Position numbers and translations under genes: made by a program. The notes beneath the pieces are model-generated. The model ran no database searches. It was given only the letters and a program-made list of their open reading frames with translations, and was not told the origin of the DNA. Source: a virus. Taken from it: a DNA stretch of 36,181 nucleotides. The DNA is taken from positions 1-36,181 of the IMG/VR virus record IMGVR_UViG_3300018080_000078; one strand, written 5' to 3'. Below, in pieces: positions 7,722-14,439 of this stretch (the stretch's first letter is position 1; each line of letters begins with the position of its first letter).

Positions 7722-8843
7722 ATGTCACAAATTTATGTTGTAGATCCTGGTGCAGCGTTTGGATTGCCACTTAATATAACAGATCCGACAGAGATTATAG
7801 GTGCAACTGAGCATGCGGTAGTTGTTGGTGTTGCAAGTGGTGCCCTAAAGTCGTTGCCTGTTGGGCAAGGTGGAGAGTTGCTTATTGGTGCGACTGGGGC
7901 GGATCCGGCGTGGACTTCATTGACTTCCGCTGGTGGCACTATTGTCTTTACCCCTGGTGCCAACTCTCTTAATTTAGAGGCTGCGGCTACTGTTCCTACA
8001 ACGTTTGTGGCAGACGCTGGCAGTGCATCTCCGGCTGGTAATATTCTTAATTTGTTGGGTGGCACACGGGCATCTACCGTGGGTGCGGGTAGTACAGTAA
8101 TAATCAATGTTGACGACAGTGGATTAGCTTCTTCTTTTATAGCTGATGTTGGTACAGCTACGCCTAGTGGCGTTGGTGCGCTTGGTATATTAGGTGGCCT
8201 TAATATAAATACTGCAGCAGCTGGCAGTTCCGTTACTGTTAATCTTGATGACCCTGGTGAGGGTGTTGTGCAGTCTGACAATACAGGTGTTTTAAGTGCC
8301 TCAAAGGGAAACAATGGAGAGATAATAATAGGTTCTACCGGAAATACGCCTGCCTGGGCTAATATTACATCAAGTGATGCTTCTGTAACTATAACTAATG
8401 CTCCTAATTCTATAGATTTAAGTGCTCCAGGTGGCATTACACAGGAGATCGGTTCATTTACCCCCACGCTTTCGTTTGGAGGCGCCTCTGTTGGTATGAC
8501 CTATAATAAGCAGGTTGGTAACTACGTAAAAATAGGCAATCTTTGTTGGATATTTATAGATATAGATATTGCGAATAAGGGATCGTCGACTGGGAATGCG
8601 GTTGTTTCTACGCTGCCTTTTGCGTCTGTTGTTAATGGCACTAATTTTTACACGCTTCCAACTTTGCTTGTTACCTTGAATGCTAATTATAATATGGTAA
8701 ATGCAACTATAGATACTGGAGTAAGTGTTGATGAGATACTTTTATGGCAATCGTCACACACCGGTTCAGTTATGATTAGCACAACTCACGCAAACTATAA
8801 CAACGGCTCTCATTTTCAGCTAAACGGTGTTTATCAAGTTTAA
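7722..8843 (+). CDS. Tail fibre protein 3 (373 aa)
   Basis: The N-terminus MSQIYVVDPGAAFGLPLNITDPTEI is homologous to fibre 2. There are two copies of G(E)(L/I)(L/I)IG(A/S)TG..PAW..(L/I)TS. The module F(V/I)AD(A/V)G.A.P.G...GG...G(S)(T/S)V..N(V/L)DD is shared with fibre 1. Confidence 0.85.
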   Translation: MSQIYVVDPGAAFGLPLNITDPTEIIGATEHAVVVGVASGALKSLPVGQGGELLIGATGADPAWTSLTSAGGTIVFTPGANSLNLEAAATVPTTFVADAGSASPAGNILNLLGGTRASTVGAGSTVIINVDDSGLASSFIADVGTATPSGVGALGILGGLNINTAAAGSSVTVNLDDPGEGVVQSDNTGVLSASKGNNGEIIIGSTGNTPAWANITSSDASVTITNAPNSIDLSAPGGITQEIGSFTPTLSFGGASVGMTYNKQVGNYVKIGNLCWIFIDIDIANKGSSTGNAVVSTLPFASVVNGTNFYTLPTLLVTLNANYNMVNATIDTGVSVDEILLWQSSHTGSVMISTTHANYNNGSHFQLNGVYQV

Positions 8844-8849
8844 ATAAAG

Positions 8850-8869
8850 GAGGGCCCATGTGGGCCCTC
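8850..8869. terminator. GC hairpin between convergent genes (candidate bidirectional terminator)
   Basis: GAGGGCCC-ATGT-GGGCCCTC is a perfect 8-bp stem. An A-rich tract upstream gives a U-tract for the leftward ERF transcript. Confidence 0.6.
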
Positions 8870-8896
8870 TGAGCGTAAGAAGGAATGTAGTAGTCC

Positions 8897-9574
8897 TCAA
8901 GGAAGACTCTTTTCTTTAATTTTTGCGTCTATAAATTCAACTATCGTATCGAACATGTCTTTGGGGCACTCTTTTAATGTTTTCACTTTAAGGAGTTTAA
9001 GCAGTTCTCTTTTTATGTCTTCGTGCCCCTCTAGGTTCTTTTCTATAAACTCTATTTCGTTTTCTGAGAGATGTTTTACTGTTTTCACTGGTGTTGTCCC
9101 GCTTGGTTTGTATTCTTTTCTCTCTGTGGCTCTTCGTCCATATTCTCCATCGTCATCTGTTGGGTCGCTGTCTACGGTTATTCCTAGTATGGTTGCAGCT
9201 GAGTAGCGTTTTTTGTAGGTTAATGCGGATCCATAACCTTGGTTGGTTTGTTTGTCTGGCACTATTTTAACGAGAGACGCTTTAAACTGCTCGCTTGTAT
9301 GCAATAGTTCCGTCCTTAGGTATGTGGCGCCATCGCAGCATTCTTCTGTTTGAGACAGGCAGAACCCATTTGCTGCTATTAGTGGCCGCACTTCTTCTAG
9401 TATGGCATCTAGGTCTGCATATTTACTTTTAAATGCTGGGTTTATTTTGTTTGCTGTTACTGACTGGTACTCGCCCTGCATTTTCGAGAGGGCACTTATG
9501 AATTTGTCCAGTTTTTTACTTCTGAGTGGTACTGCAAATGGATTGTATATTCTTGGTTGTTGTTCTGTTTCCAT
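8897..9574 (-). CDS. erf: ERF-family single-strand annealing (recombination) protein
   Basis: KMQGEYQSVTANKINPAFKSKYADLDAILEEVRPLIAANGFCLSQ matches the ERF-family N-terminal core (..kn...k.kYadL..i...v.p.l...G). Confidence 0.75.
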   Translation of the reverse strand: METEQQPRIYNPFAVPLRSKKLDKFISALSKMQGEYQSVTANKINPAFKSKYADLDAILEEVRPLIAANGFCLSQTEECCDGATYLRTELLHTSEQFKASLVKIVPDKQTNQGYGSALTYKKRYSAATILGITVDSDPTDDDGEYGRRATERKEYKPSGTTPVKTVKHLSENEIEFIEKNLEGHEDIKRELLKLLKVKTLKECPKDMFDTIVEFIDAKIKEKSLP

Positions 9575-10116
9575 TATTCAGCTCCTCTTACTATGTGCAG
9601 TTCATATTCTTCTTCGCATATAGAGCTACAACACTGTACGCATTGGTTTTTTAGTGTCCAGTATTTTGTTTCACACACTGGACACTTCACGGAGAGAGTA
9701 GAGTTTAGTCGATTGCCAAGCAATCTCATTTTTTTGATGAACTCCTCATCGCGTTCGTCTAGTTTTTTAAGGTTTTCTTCTATTACTGGGTTTGGTTTTG
9801 CCTGTTTTACGCCCTTTAGCTTGTCTACTATAGCGAAGCGCTGTTTTATGAGTTCCATAAACTTTTCTGTTGAGTGGTTCATGTCTTTGCTTGTTGTTGC
9901 TAGCATTTCGTCTATTTTTTCTAGTTCTAGCTCTAGCTTGCTTTGTTCGTTAGTGTCGGCAGCTTCTTCTTTTTTAGTACTATTTTCGTTTTCTAGGGCT
10001 TTAATTAGTTTTTGTCTTTTTAACTCTAGGCTGCCGACTACTTTGTCTGGTGCATTAGCGGCTACGAGTGCCTCTATTGTTCTGTCTAGTTCTTTGATTT
10101 GTTCTCTTAGTTCCAT
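9574..10116 (-). CDS. Coiled-coil protein with a C-terminal Cys-cluster (zinc-ribbon-like), 180 aa
   Basis: The N-terminal two thirds are charged heptad-like sequence. The C-terminus is CPVCETKYWTLKNQCVQCCSSIC. Its stop shares one base with the erf start (TAATG on the minus strand). Confidence 0.6.
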   Translation of the reverse strand: MELREQIKELDRTIEALVAANAPDKVVGSLELKRQKLIKALENENSTKKEEAADTNEQSKLELELEKIDEMLATTSKDMNHSTEKFMELIKQRFAIVDKLKGVKQAKPNPVIEENLKKLDERDEEFIKKMRLLGNRLNSTLSVKCPVCETKYWTLKNQCVQCCSSICEEEYELHIVRGAE

Positions 10117-10167
10117 TTTGTCTTCCTTTTGGTTATTGGACTAACTACATTTTCAACTTACATAAAT

Positions 10168-10196
10168 ACTATAGCACACTTATATAAACGTGTCAA
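10168..10196 (-). promoter_or_regulatory. Sigma70-type promoter with extended -10, driving the leftward ERF operon
   Basis: Minus strand reads TTGACA-CGTTTATATAAGTGTGC-TATAGT, with a 17-nt spacer and TGn before the -10. It lies 52 nt upstream of the 10116 start. Confidence 0.65.
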
Positions 10197-10287
10197 GTCT
10201 TTTTTTACTTTTTTTTTAAATTAATTTTATTATATGCTCTGGGTGCGGTTATTGGGTTTAAACTTTTTTTACTTAAAGGGGAAGGTT

Positions 10288-10794
10288 GTGGTTTTGTTGG
10301 CTATTGACCCGGGCACTCGGTGTTCGGGGTACGGGGTTTTAAAGCGGGGTGGTAAGCGTACTCAGTTGTTGGATTATGGTTGTTGGAGTATGTCTGGTTC
10401 TAAGCCGTTGATTGATCGCATAGTTTCTTTTAATGACTTTTTTGTTTCTAAGGTTGAAGAGCATGGCATAACGGATATGGCTATAGAGGTCCCTTTTTTA
10501 GGGAAGTCTGTGTCTACCTATGGCAAGTTGAGTTATCTCAGGGGGGTATTGTATTTGATTGCGGGGCAACGCTCTGTAACTCTAAGGGAGTTTACCCCTA
10601 GGGACGTTAAGAAGTCGGTTACTGGGTCCGGTGGTGCTTCTAAGGAGCAGGTAGCTAACTTGGTAGTGCGGTTCTTTCCTGGTATAGAGACCAATGGTCT
10701 TAAGGACGACACTACCGATGCGTTGGCTGTCGGGTTGTGCTGCTTATGGGATAGGGAACCGTCGACTATTTGTCGACAGTCCAAGTTATTTTAG
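10288..10794 (+). CDS. ruvC: RuvC-type Holliday junction resolvase
   Basis: VLLAIDPGTRCSGYGVL (N-terminal DPG Asp), MAIEVPF (catalytic Glu) and DDTTDALAVGLC (C-terminal D..DA.A.A). I place the start at GTG 10288 after AAAGGGGAAGG rather than at the track's 10234, because RuvC proteins begin just before the I/L-G/A-I-D-P-G strand. Confidence 0.85.
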   Translation: MVLLAIDPGTRCSGYGVLKRGGKRTQLLDYGCWSMSGSKPLIDRIVSFNDFFVSKVEEHGITDMAIEVPFLGKSVSTYGKLSYLRGVLYLIAGQRSVTLREFTPRDVKKSVTGSGGASKEQVANLVVRFFPGIETNGLKDDTTDALAVGLCCLWDREPSTICRQSKLF

Positions 10795-11003
10795 TTTTCA
10801 CACCTATGCCATACATATAATATGATCCATCCTATTGGGTTTGTTAGCAGCAGCAGTATCAGTAATATTTTAAGGCCATTAACGGCAAGCAGTCCTATAA
10901 GCATTAATAATATTATAAGAGCTATGGAAGCTTTGTGTTGTATAAGTACTATGCAGACGGACACAACAGCAAACCCTATAATAGCCTTTTCTATATTTGT
11001 CAC
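10791..11003 (-). CDS. Small polytopic membrane protein (70 aa, about 3 TM segments)
   Basis: Three hydrophobic stretches (AIIGFAVVSVCIVLI, IALIILLMLIGLLAV, ILLILLLLTNPIGWIILYV). GTG start after AAGGAAG. It has its own promoter at 11039..11067. Confidence 0.55.
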   Translation of the reverse strand: MTNIEKAIIGFAVVSVCIVLIQHKASIALIILLMLIGLLAVNGLKILLILLLLTNPIGWIILYVWHRCEN

Positions 11004-11038
11004 GGTCTTCCTTTTGGTTATAAGTTGTCTTCTTTGCT

Positions 11039-11067
11039 ATACTAGCACCCTTATATATATGTGTCAA
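11039..11067 (-). promoter_or_regulatory. Sigma70-type promoter with extended -10 for the 10791..11003 gene
   Basis: Minus strand reads TTGACA-CATATATATAAGGGTGC-TAGTAT, with a 17-nt spacer and TGn. Confidence 0.6.
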
Positions 11068-11125
11068 GTATGCGTTGTTACACATAGGGCATTTTTAATA
11101 CATATAGACTAGTTACAAAAAAAGC

Positions 11126-11154
11126 TTGACACCTGGATAAGTCCTGTCATACTT
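11126..11154 (+). promoter_or_regulatory. Sigma70-type promoter reading into the ORF-free region
   Basis: TTGACA-CCTGGATAAGTCCTGT(C)-(C)ATACT(T), preceded by an A7 tract plus GCTT. No ORF of 60 aa or more follows for about 550 nt. Confidence 0.5.
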
Positions 11155-11608
11155 ACGAGCGTAGCGAGTAAGTAATTAACATTTATAGGTTGTCTCTTAA
11201 AAAGCTTCTTGCATTTGACTTCGTGGCTTTAACTTCTTGCATCAAGACTTCGACAGGTTCTAGCAATATAAACGTTTTTTTTCCCGAAAAAGAAATAAAA
11301 ACTTTATTTTGCGTTTGTATAAATTAAAGTTTATAAGTTTTACAGAAGTAGCTATAAGTTAAGTTTGTATTGTTAAGAAATCTTAGCCTCTTTAAGGAGG
11401 ACTCTATTCTCTCATTCGTAGAGGAATAAATTGTTTCTATATGTGTAATTATCGTAAATTCTCCCACTTGCTTTAACAAATACATTTAATAAAACAAAGA
11501 GAGGGTGGCGTCGCATTTCCATTTTTTATGTATAAAAATGCTCCCCACCTCTCCAGGGACGCTCGTCGGGGGGAACGCCCCCTCCTCACTAAAAATAAAT
11601 AAAAAAGC

Positions 11609-11637
11609 TTGCAATTATAATTGCATAATGTTATATT
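11609..11637 (+). promoter_or_regulatory. Promoter (TTGCAA-17-TATATT, extended -10) with an embedded 16-bp perfect palindrome (operator candidate)
   Basis: TTGCAA at 11609-11614, TGt before TATATT at 11632-11637. TGCAATTATAATTGCA (11610..11625) is its own reverse complement. It lies 70 nt upstream of the 11709 start. Confidence 0.6.
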
Positions 11638-11708
11638 CTGATAAGAGTAAAAGCAAACAGGAAGTATAATGGCGTTAAAAAAAGGAACTTATCAGAGGGA
11701 GAAGTATA

Positions 11709-12410
11709 ATGAGGTTTTCAAATGCAATCGAGTATAGTCTTAGGCATCTACGCCTTACGCAGGCAGGAAAAATCAGACTCACCCCTTTCAGTGAAAAAGT
11801 AATAAATTATGCTAACAAAAGAATGCTGAAAGATTATAAGGACATGCCTAGAAACCCATACAGTGTCTTTTATGGTATTTGCTATTACATGGCAGGAGAC
11901 CTTGGCGAGTCAATAGAGTGGTCGAGGATGGCTGAATATATCACGTTTTCTAAAGAGACACCTGTTACGGAAAAAAGTGAGCTCTTTAAAGGCGATGTGA
12001 CGATAGCAGTGAGAGACCTATATAAAAACATGAAAGGCAATTCTAAGAGCAATAGCAATACAAAGAAGGGTAACAAAACTAGTGGTAGAAGTGTAATATT
12101 TAACGAAGGACTTACTTATTGGAAGCACGGCAAAGAATATAAGTATCCTGACCAGGCAATAGATCAGGAAGATATCGAAGAAAACGTTGGACCGTGTAGA
12201 AAAGACCCAAACCCCAAACTAACCCAAGATGACAAGAGACGTAAAGATCTTGATCCAGTTGAAGAACTTAAAAAAGCATTAAGGACAGGGCGTGTTAATA
12301 TAGCCGGGCTCAAGGAAATGCACGCAAAGTGGAAGAACCTATGTCCTCCTGTTTATAAATTCTCAACCTATTACTTTAAGGAAGTAGACATAGATGACCA
12401 CAAAACATAA
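11709..12410 (+). CDS. Hypothetical protein (233 aa)
   Basis: ATG lies 8 nt after GAGGGAG. It is the first gene after the control region. No motif recognised. Confidence 0.6.
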   Translation: MRFSNAIEYSLRHLRLTQAGKIRLTPFSEKVINYANKRMLKDYKDMPRNPYSVFYGICYYMAGDLGESIEWSRMAEYITFSKETPVTEKSELFKGDVTIAVRDLYKNMKGNSKSNSNTKKGNKTSGRSVIFNEGLTYWKHGKEYKYPDQAIDQEDIEENVGPCRKDPNPKLTQDDKRRKDLDPVEELKKALRTGRVNIAGLKEMHAKWKNLCPPVYKFSTYYFKEVDIDDHKT

Positions 12411-12423
12411 TAACATTAAAATG

Positions 12424-12452
12424 TTGACACCTATGTATAAGTGTGTTACATT
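12424..12452 (+). promoter_or_regulatory. Sigma70-type promoter with extended -10 for the RHH gene
   Basis: TTGACA-CCTATGTATAAGTGTGT-TACATT, with a 17-nt spacer and TGn. The inverted repeat AACATT-AA-AATGTT (12412..12425) abuts the -35. Confidence 0.6.
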
Positions 12453-12490
12453 GTATTTGTAAGATAAGATCATTACTTTTAGGAGGAAAA

Positions 12491-12649
12491 GTGCAGGCTA
12501 AAAACATAAAGCAAACAACTATATACTTAGATAAGCAAACACATCGACAGCTTAAGCTTATTGCGCTGCTGAAAGAAACAAGCGTCAGCAAGCTTGTAGG
12601 CAAAAAAATAGATGAGATTATAAAAGAAAGCGAAAAAGAAAAAGCCTGA
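12491..12649 (+). CDS. Ribbon-helix-helix (CopG/Arc-like) DNA-binding protein, 52 aa
   Basis: GTG at 12491 lies 4 nt after AGGAGG and is preferred over the track's 12443. KQTTIYLDKQTHRQLKLIALLKETSVSKLVGKKIDEII fits the beta-strand/helix/helix RHH pattern. Confidence 0.6.
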   Translation: MQAKNIKQTTIYLDKQTHRQLKLIALLKETSVSKLVGKKIDEIIKESEKEKA

Positions 12650-12694
12650 GGAGAAACAAGATGTCGACAAAATGTAGACAACTGAAGGATCACG

Positions 12695-12925
12695 GTGGTA
12701 TATAAGGTATTACACTATTGCAACTTATGTGGAGAAAAGCTTTTGCCTAGCGCAGACGCGGCCAGCTTTGCCAGAGATACAGGCATATGTTTTCCGTTAG
12801 ATGACGGCGTGTGGTGCGGCTGTTCGCCGAAGCATGACGTATTTATGGAGCTCGAGCCATTTAGTGAGGAGAAAAATGTAGATGAAAAAAAAGTATGTAT
12901 TCAGGATTCCAGGGAATCCAGTTAG
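12695..12925 (+). CDS. Hypothetical Cys-rich protein (76 aa)
   Basis: CNLCGEKL....CFPLDDGVWCGCSPKH suggests a small zinc-binding fold. It has a non-ATG start and a 44-nt overlap with the next gene, so the call is tentative. Confidence 0.35.
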   Translation: MVYKVLHYCNLCGEKLLPSADAASFARDTGICFPLDDGVWCGCSPKHDVFMELEPFSEEKNVDEKKVCIQDSRESS

Positions 12926-13292
12926 AGTCTTTAAATCAGAAACAGAAGGCCGACAGCCACTTAATACATACATGGAAAACAAACTACGATACATGGTTTC
13001 ACTCGAAAACCAACACGAAGAAGCCCCAATAAAAGAGCCAGTCGAAGCAACATTCAAATTCTATATGCCAAAAAGCTGTAAATATAAACCAGCACGCGTG
13101 TCAATCGTGGAACTCTTTAGATTCGCCAACCAAATGTCGCGAGGACTTATTTATAAAAAAGACTGCCTCCTGTACAATGTAAAACTAGAAAAAATATACA
13201 GCGATGACCCACACGTAGAAATAGAAATTGTACCAGCGGAAGGAGCAACTGAACCATATGAAAATAGAAAAAAAAGAAAAACCAAAAAATAA
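12882..13292 (+). CDS. Hypothetical protein (136 aa) with weak RusA-like topology and a basic C-terminal tail
   Basis: FRIPGNPVRV...PVEATFKFYMPKS...IYKKDCLLYNVKLEKIYSDDPHVEIEIV parallels the RusA layout (ITLPWPP...PVKIRIECHMPD...DDAQVV..). The RusA catalytic Asp positions are not clearly conserved. Confidence 0.5.
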   Translation: MKKKYVFRIPGNPVRVFKSETEGRQPLNTYMENKLRYMVSLENQHEEAPIKEPVEATFKFYMPKSCKYKPARVSIVELFRFANQMSRGLIYKKDCLLYNVKLEKIYSDDPHVEIEIVPAEGATEPYENRKKRKTKK

Positions 13293-13758
13293 CACCAAAA
13301 GAAAAAAACGTCGAAAATACGAAGGAAGCACCTTTAGTGCGGACAAACAAGCCTTTTTCCTTTCAGGTGAACATGCTACTCCGGCTATTATAGAACACTT
13401 CGCAGACGAGATGGTTGAATACATAGCGACACACCCAAATGTTATGCACCTCGTTAAATTCCAAATACTTAAAGGCGTACCTCCAGGGACATATGACAGA
13501 TGGCTCCAGGAAAACGAATACCTTAGAATGCGTTCAGCGTTCTGCAGGCAAATTATAGGACTAAGACGTGAAGAGAAAATGGCCACTTGCGATCCTAAGA
13601 CCCTATCTCACACGCTTCACCTCTATAGTAAAGAGTGGGACAAGGCAAATAAGGACAAGGCTGCGCTTAAAGAACAGGCTGAAGGCAACAAAGAGCGCGA
13701 CATTAAGATTGTATTCGAAGATTATAGGGAAAAGAAAGAAGAAACAGAAACCGCTTAA
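13258..13758 (+). CDS. Terminase small subunit-like HTH protein
   Basis: A basic N-terminus is followed by FADEMVEYIATHPNVMHLVKFQILKGVPPGTYDRWLQENEYLRMRSAFCRQI. This fits the common TerS pattern (..ic..ia.G.sl..f......P...t...Wl.....f...y..a). Start taken at ATG 13258 within the track ORF 13228..13758. Confidence 0.5.
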   Translation: MKIEKKEKPKNNTKRKKRRKYEGSTFSADKQAFFLSGEHATPAIIEHFADEMVEYIATHPNVMHLVKFQILKGVPPGTYDRWLQENEYLRMRSAFCRQIIGLRREEKMATCDPKTLSHTLHLYSKEWDKANKDKAALKEQAEGNKERDIKIVFEDYREKKEETETA

Positions 13759-13771
13759 ATAAAGGAAAACT

Positions 13772-14062
13772 ATGAAGAAAATAATATTTGTTGTTTCGTT
13801 GCTCACCGTAGCAACCGTTGTGGCAGCTGACTCTACTGTTGTAGTGCGTGGTAGGGCAAGTAGGGCATACCATAGAGTCTGTGACAAAATGGGAAACCAT
13901 AAAGGGAAGGTTGGACTCGCTGTTGGTTCACTTGGAGCAACCATAATAGGCAAGGCGTTCCGTAAAGAAATAGACGCGTATATTAAGCCATGTATCAAAA
14001 GTCTGTGGGGAAAAGTAAAAGGCTGGTTTAAAAGGGTGTTCAGAACAAAGAATGATGTTTAG
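13772..14062 (+). CDS. Small secreted/membrane protein (96 aa)
   Basis: N-terminal signal-like MKKIIFVVSLLTVATVVAADS, a second hydrophobic stretch VGLAVGSLGATIIG, and a basic C-terminus. Confidence 0.55.
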   Translation: MKKIIFVVSLLTVATVVAADSTVVVRGRASRAYHRVCDKMGNHKGKVGLAVGSLGATIIGKAFRKEIDAYIKPCIKSLWGKVKGWFKRVFRTKNDV

Positions 14063-14085
14063 GCCATCCCGTTTAAGGAAATAGA

Positions 14086-14391
14086 ATGTTATACGCCTAT
14101 ACTGTTTGCTTCTTCTGCTTTGAAAAGCTAGAGCGTTCTAGCAAATGTTCTTGCTCTATAGCCAAAGAAAGCGAGCAGAAGTTTGCCATACGCTATGCTG
14201 ACTTCGATGACACGCAAATAAAAGCGAGTCAACCAATTATACTTAGCTTAGCAGAATCAAACGACAGCGGGCAAAATATAGGTGTGCAAATTATCCTGGC
14301 GCCGGAACTTGAGCTAGGGGGGCGGCGCCTCTCGGATTTTTATGAGGCCGTGCAGTGGATAGAGGAGATAATAAACTGTGAAGAAGCATGA
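14086..14391 (+). CDS. Hypothetical protein (101 aa)
   Basis: ATG after AAGGAAATAG. No motif recognised. Confidence 0.5.
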   Translation: MLYAYTVCFFCFEKLERSSKCSCSIAKESEQKFAIRYADFDDTQIKASQPIILSLAESNDSGQNIGVQIILAPELELGGRRLSDFYEAVQWIEEIINCEEA

Positions 14392-14439
14392 TGACGTTCT
14401 CTGTTTGTGTGGCTTGTTTTGTGTTGGGCGTTAATTGTT

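Larger units (their letters stand above)
11113..11708. other. ORF-free control region (candidate ncRNA / origin / long leader)
   Basis: The track shows no ORF of 60 aa or more on either strand. The region contains the direct repeat CTTCTTGCAT-N2/3-GACTTCG (11205..11223 and 11233..11252), a long imperfect hairpin (11499..11553), a GC hairpin (11568..11583), and a promoter with a palindrome (11609..11637). Confidence 0.5.

Noticed and set aside
9557-10144. 195-aa plus-strand ORF rich in Ser/Phe/Leu
   Set aside because: It is a mirror image of the minus-strand coiled-coil gene 9574..10116 (Glu/Lys/Leu codons read backwards). It has no RBS, and the minus-strand gene is coupled to erf and has a promoter.
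8897-12649. A lysogeny module (integrase, CI/Cro switch, attP) around the divergent early promoters
   Set aside because: No tyrosine or serine recombinase motifs occur in any ORF. The only small DNA-binding proteins are RHH/HTH types without a divergent repressor pair. The palindromic operators are read as lytic timing control, not immunity.
13268-13275. An A8 tract in the 12882..13292 / 13228..13758 overlap as a programmed frameshift or sequencing indel that fuses the two ORFs
   Set aside because: Fusion would require a +1 shift. The downstream ORF has its own in-frame ATG (13258), and its product is a self-contained TerS-like protein. No functional logic links the two halves. A homopolymer error cannot be excluded without reads.
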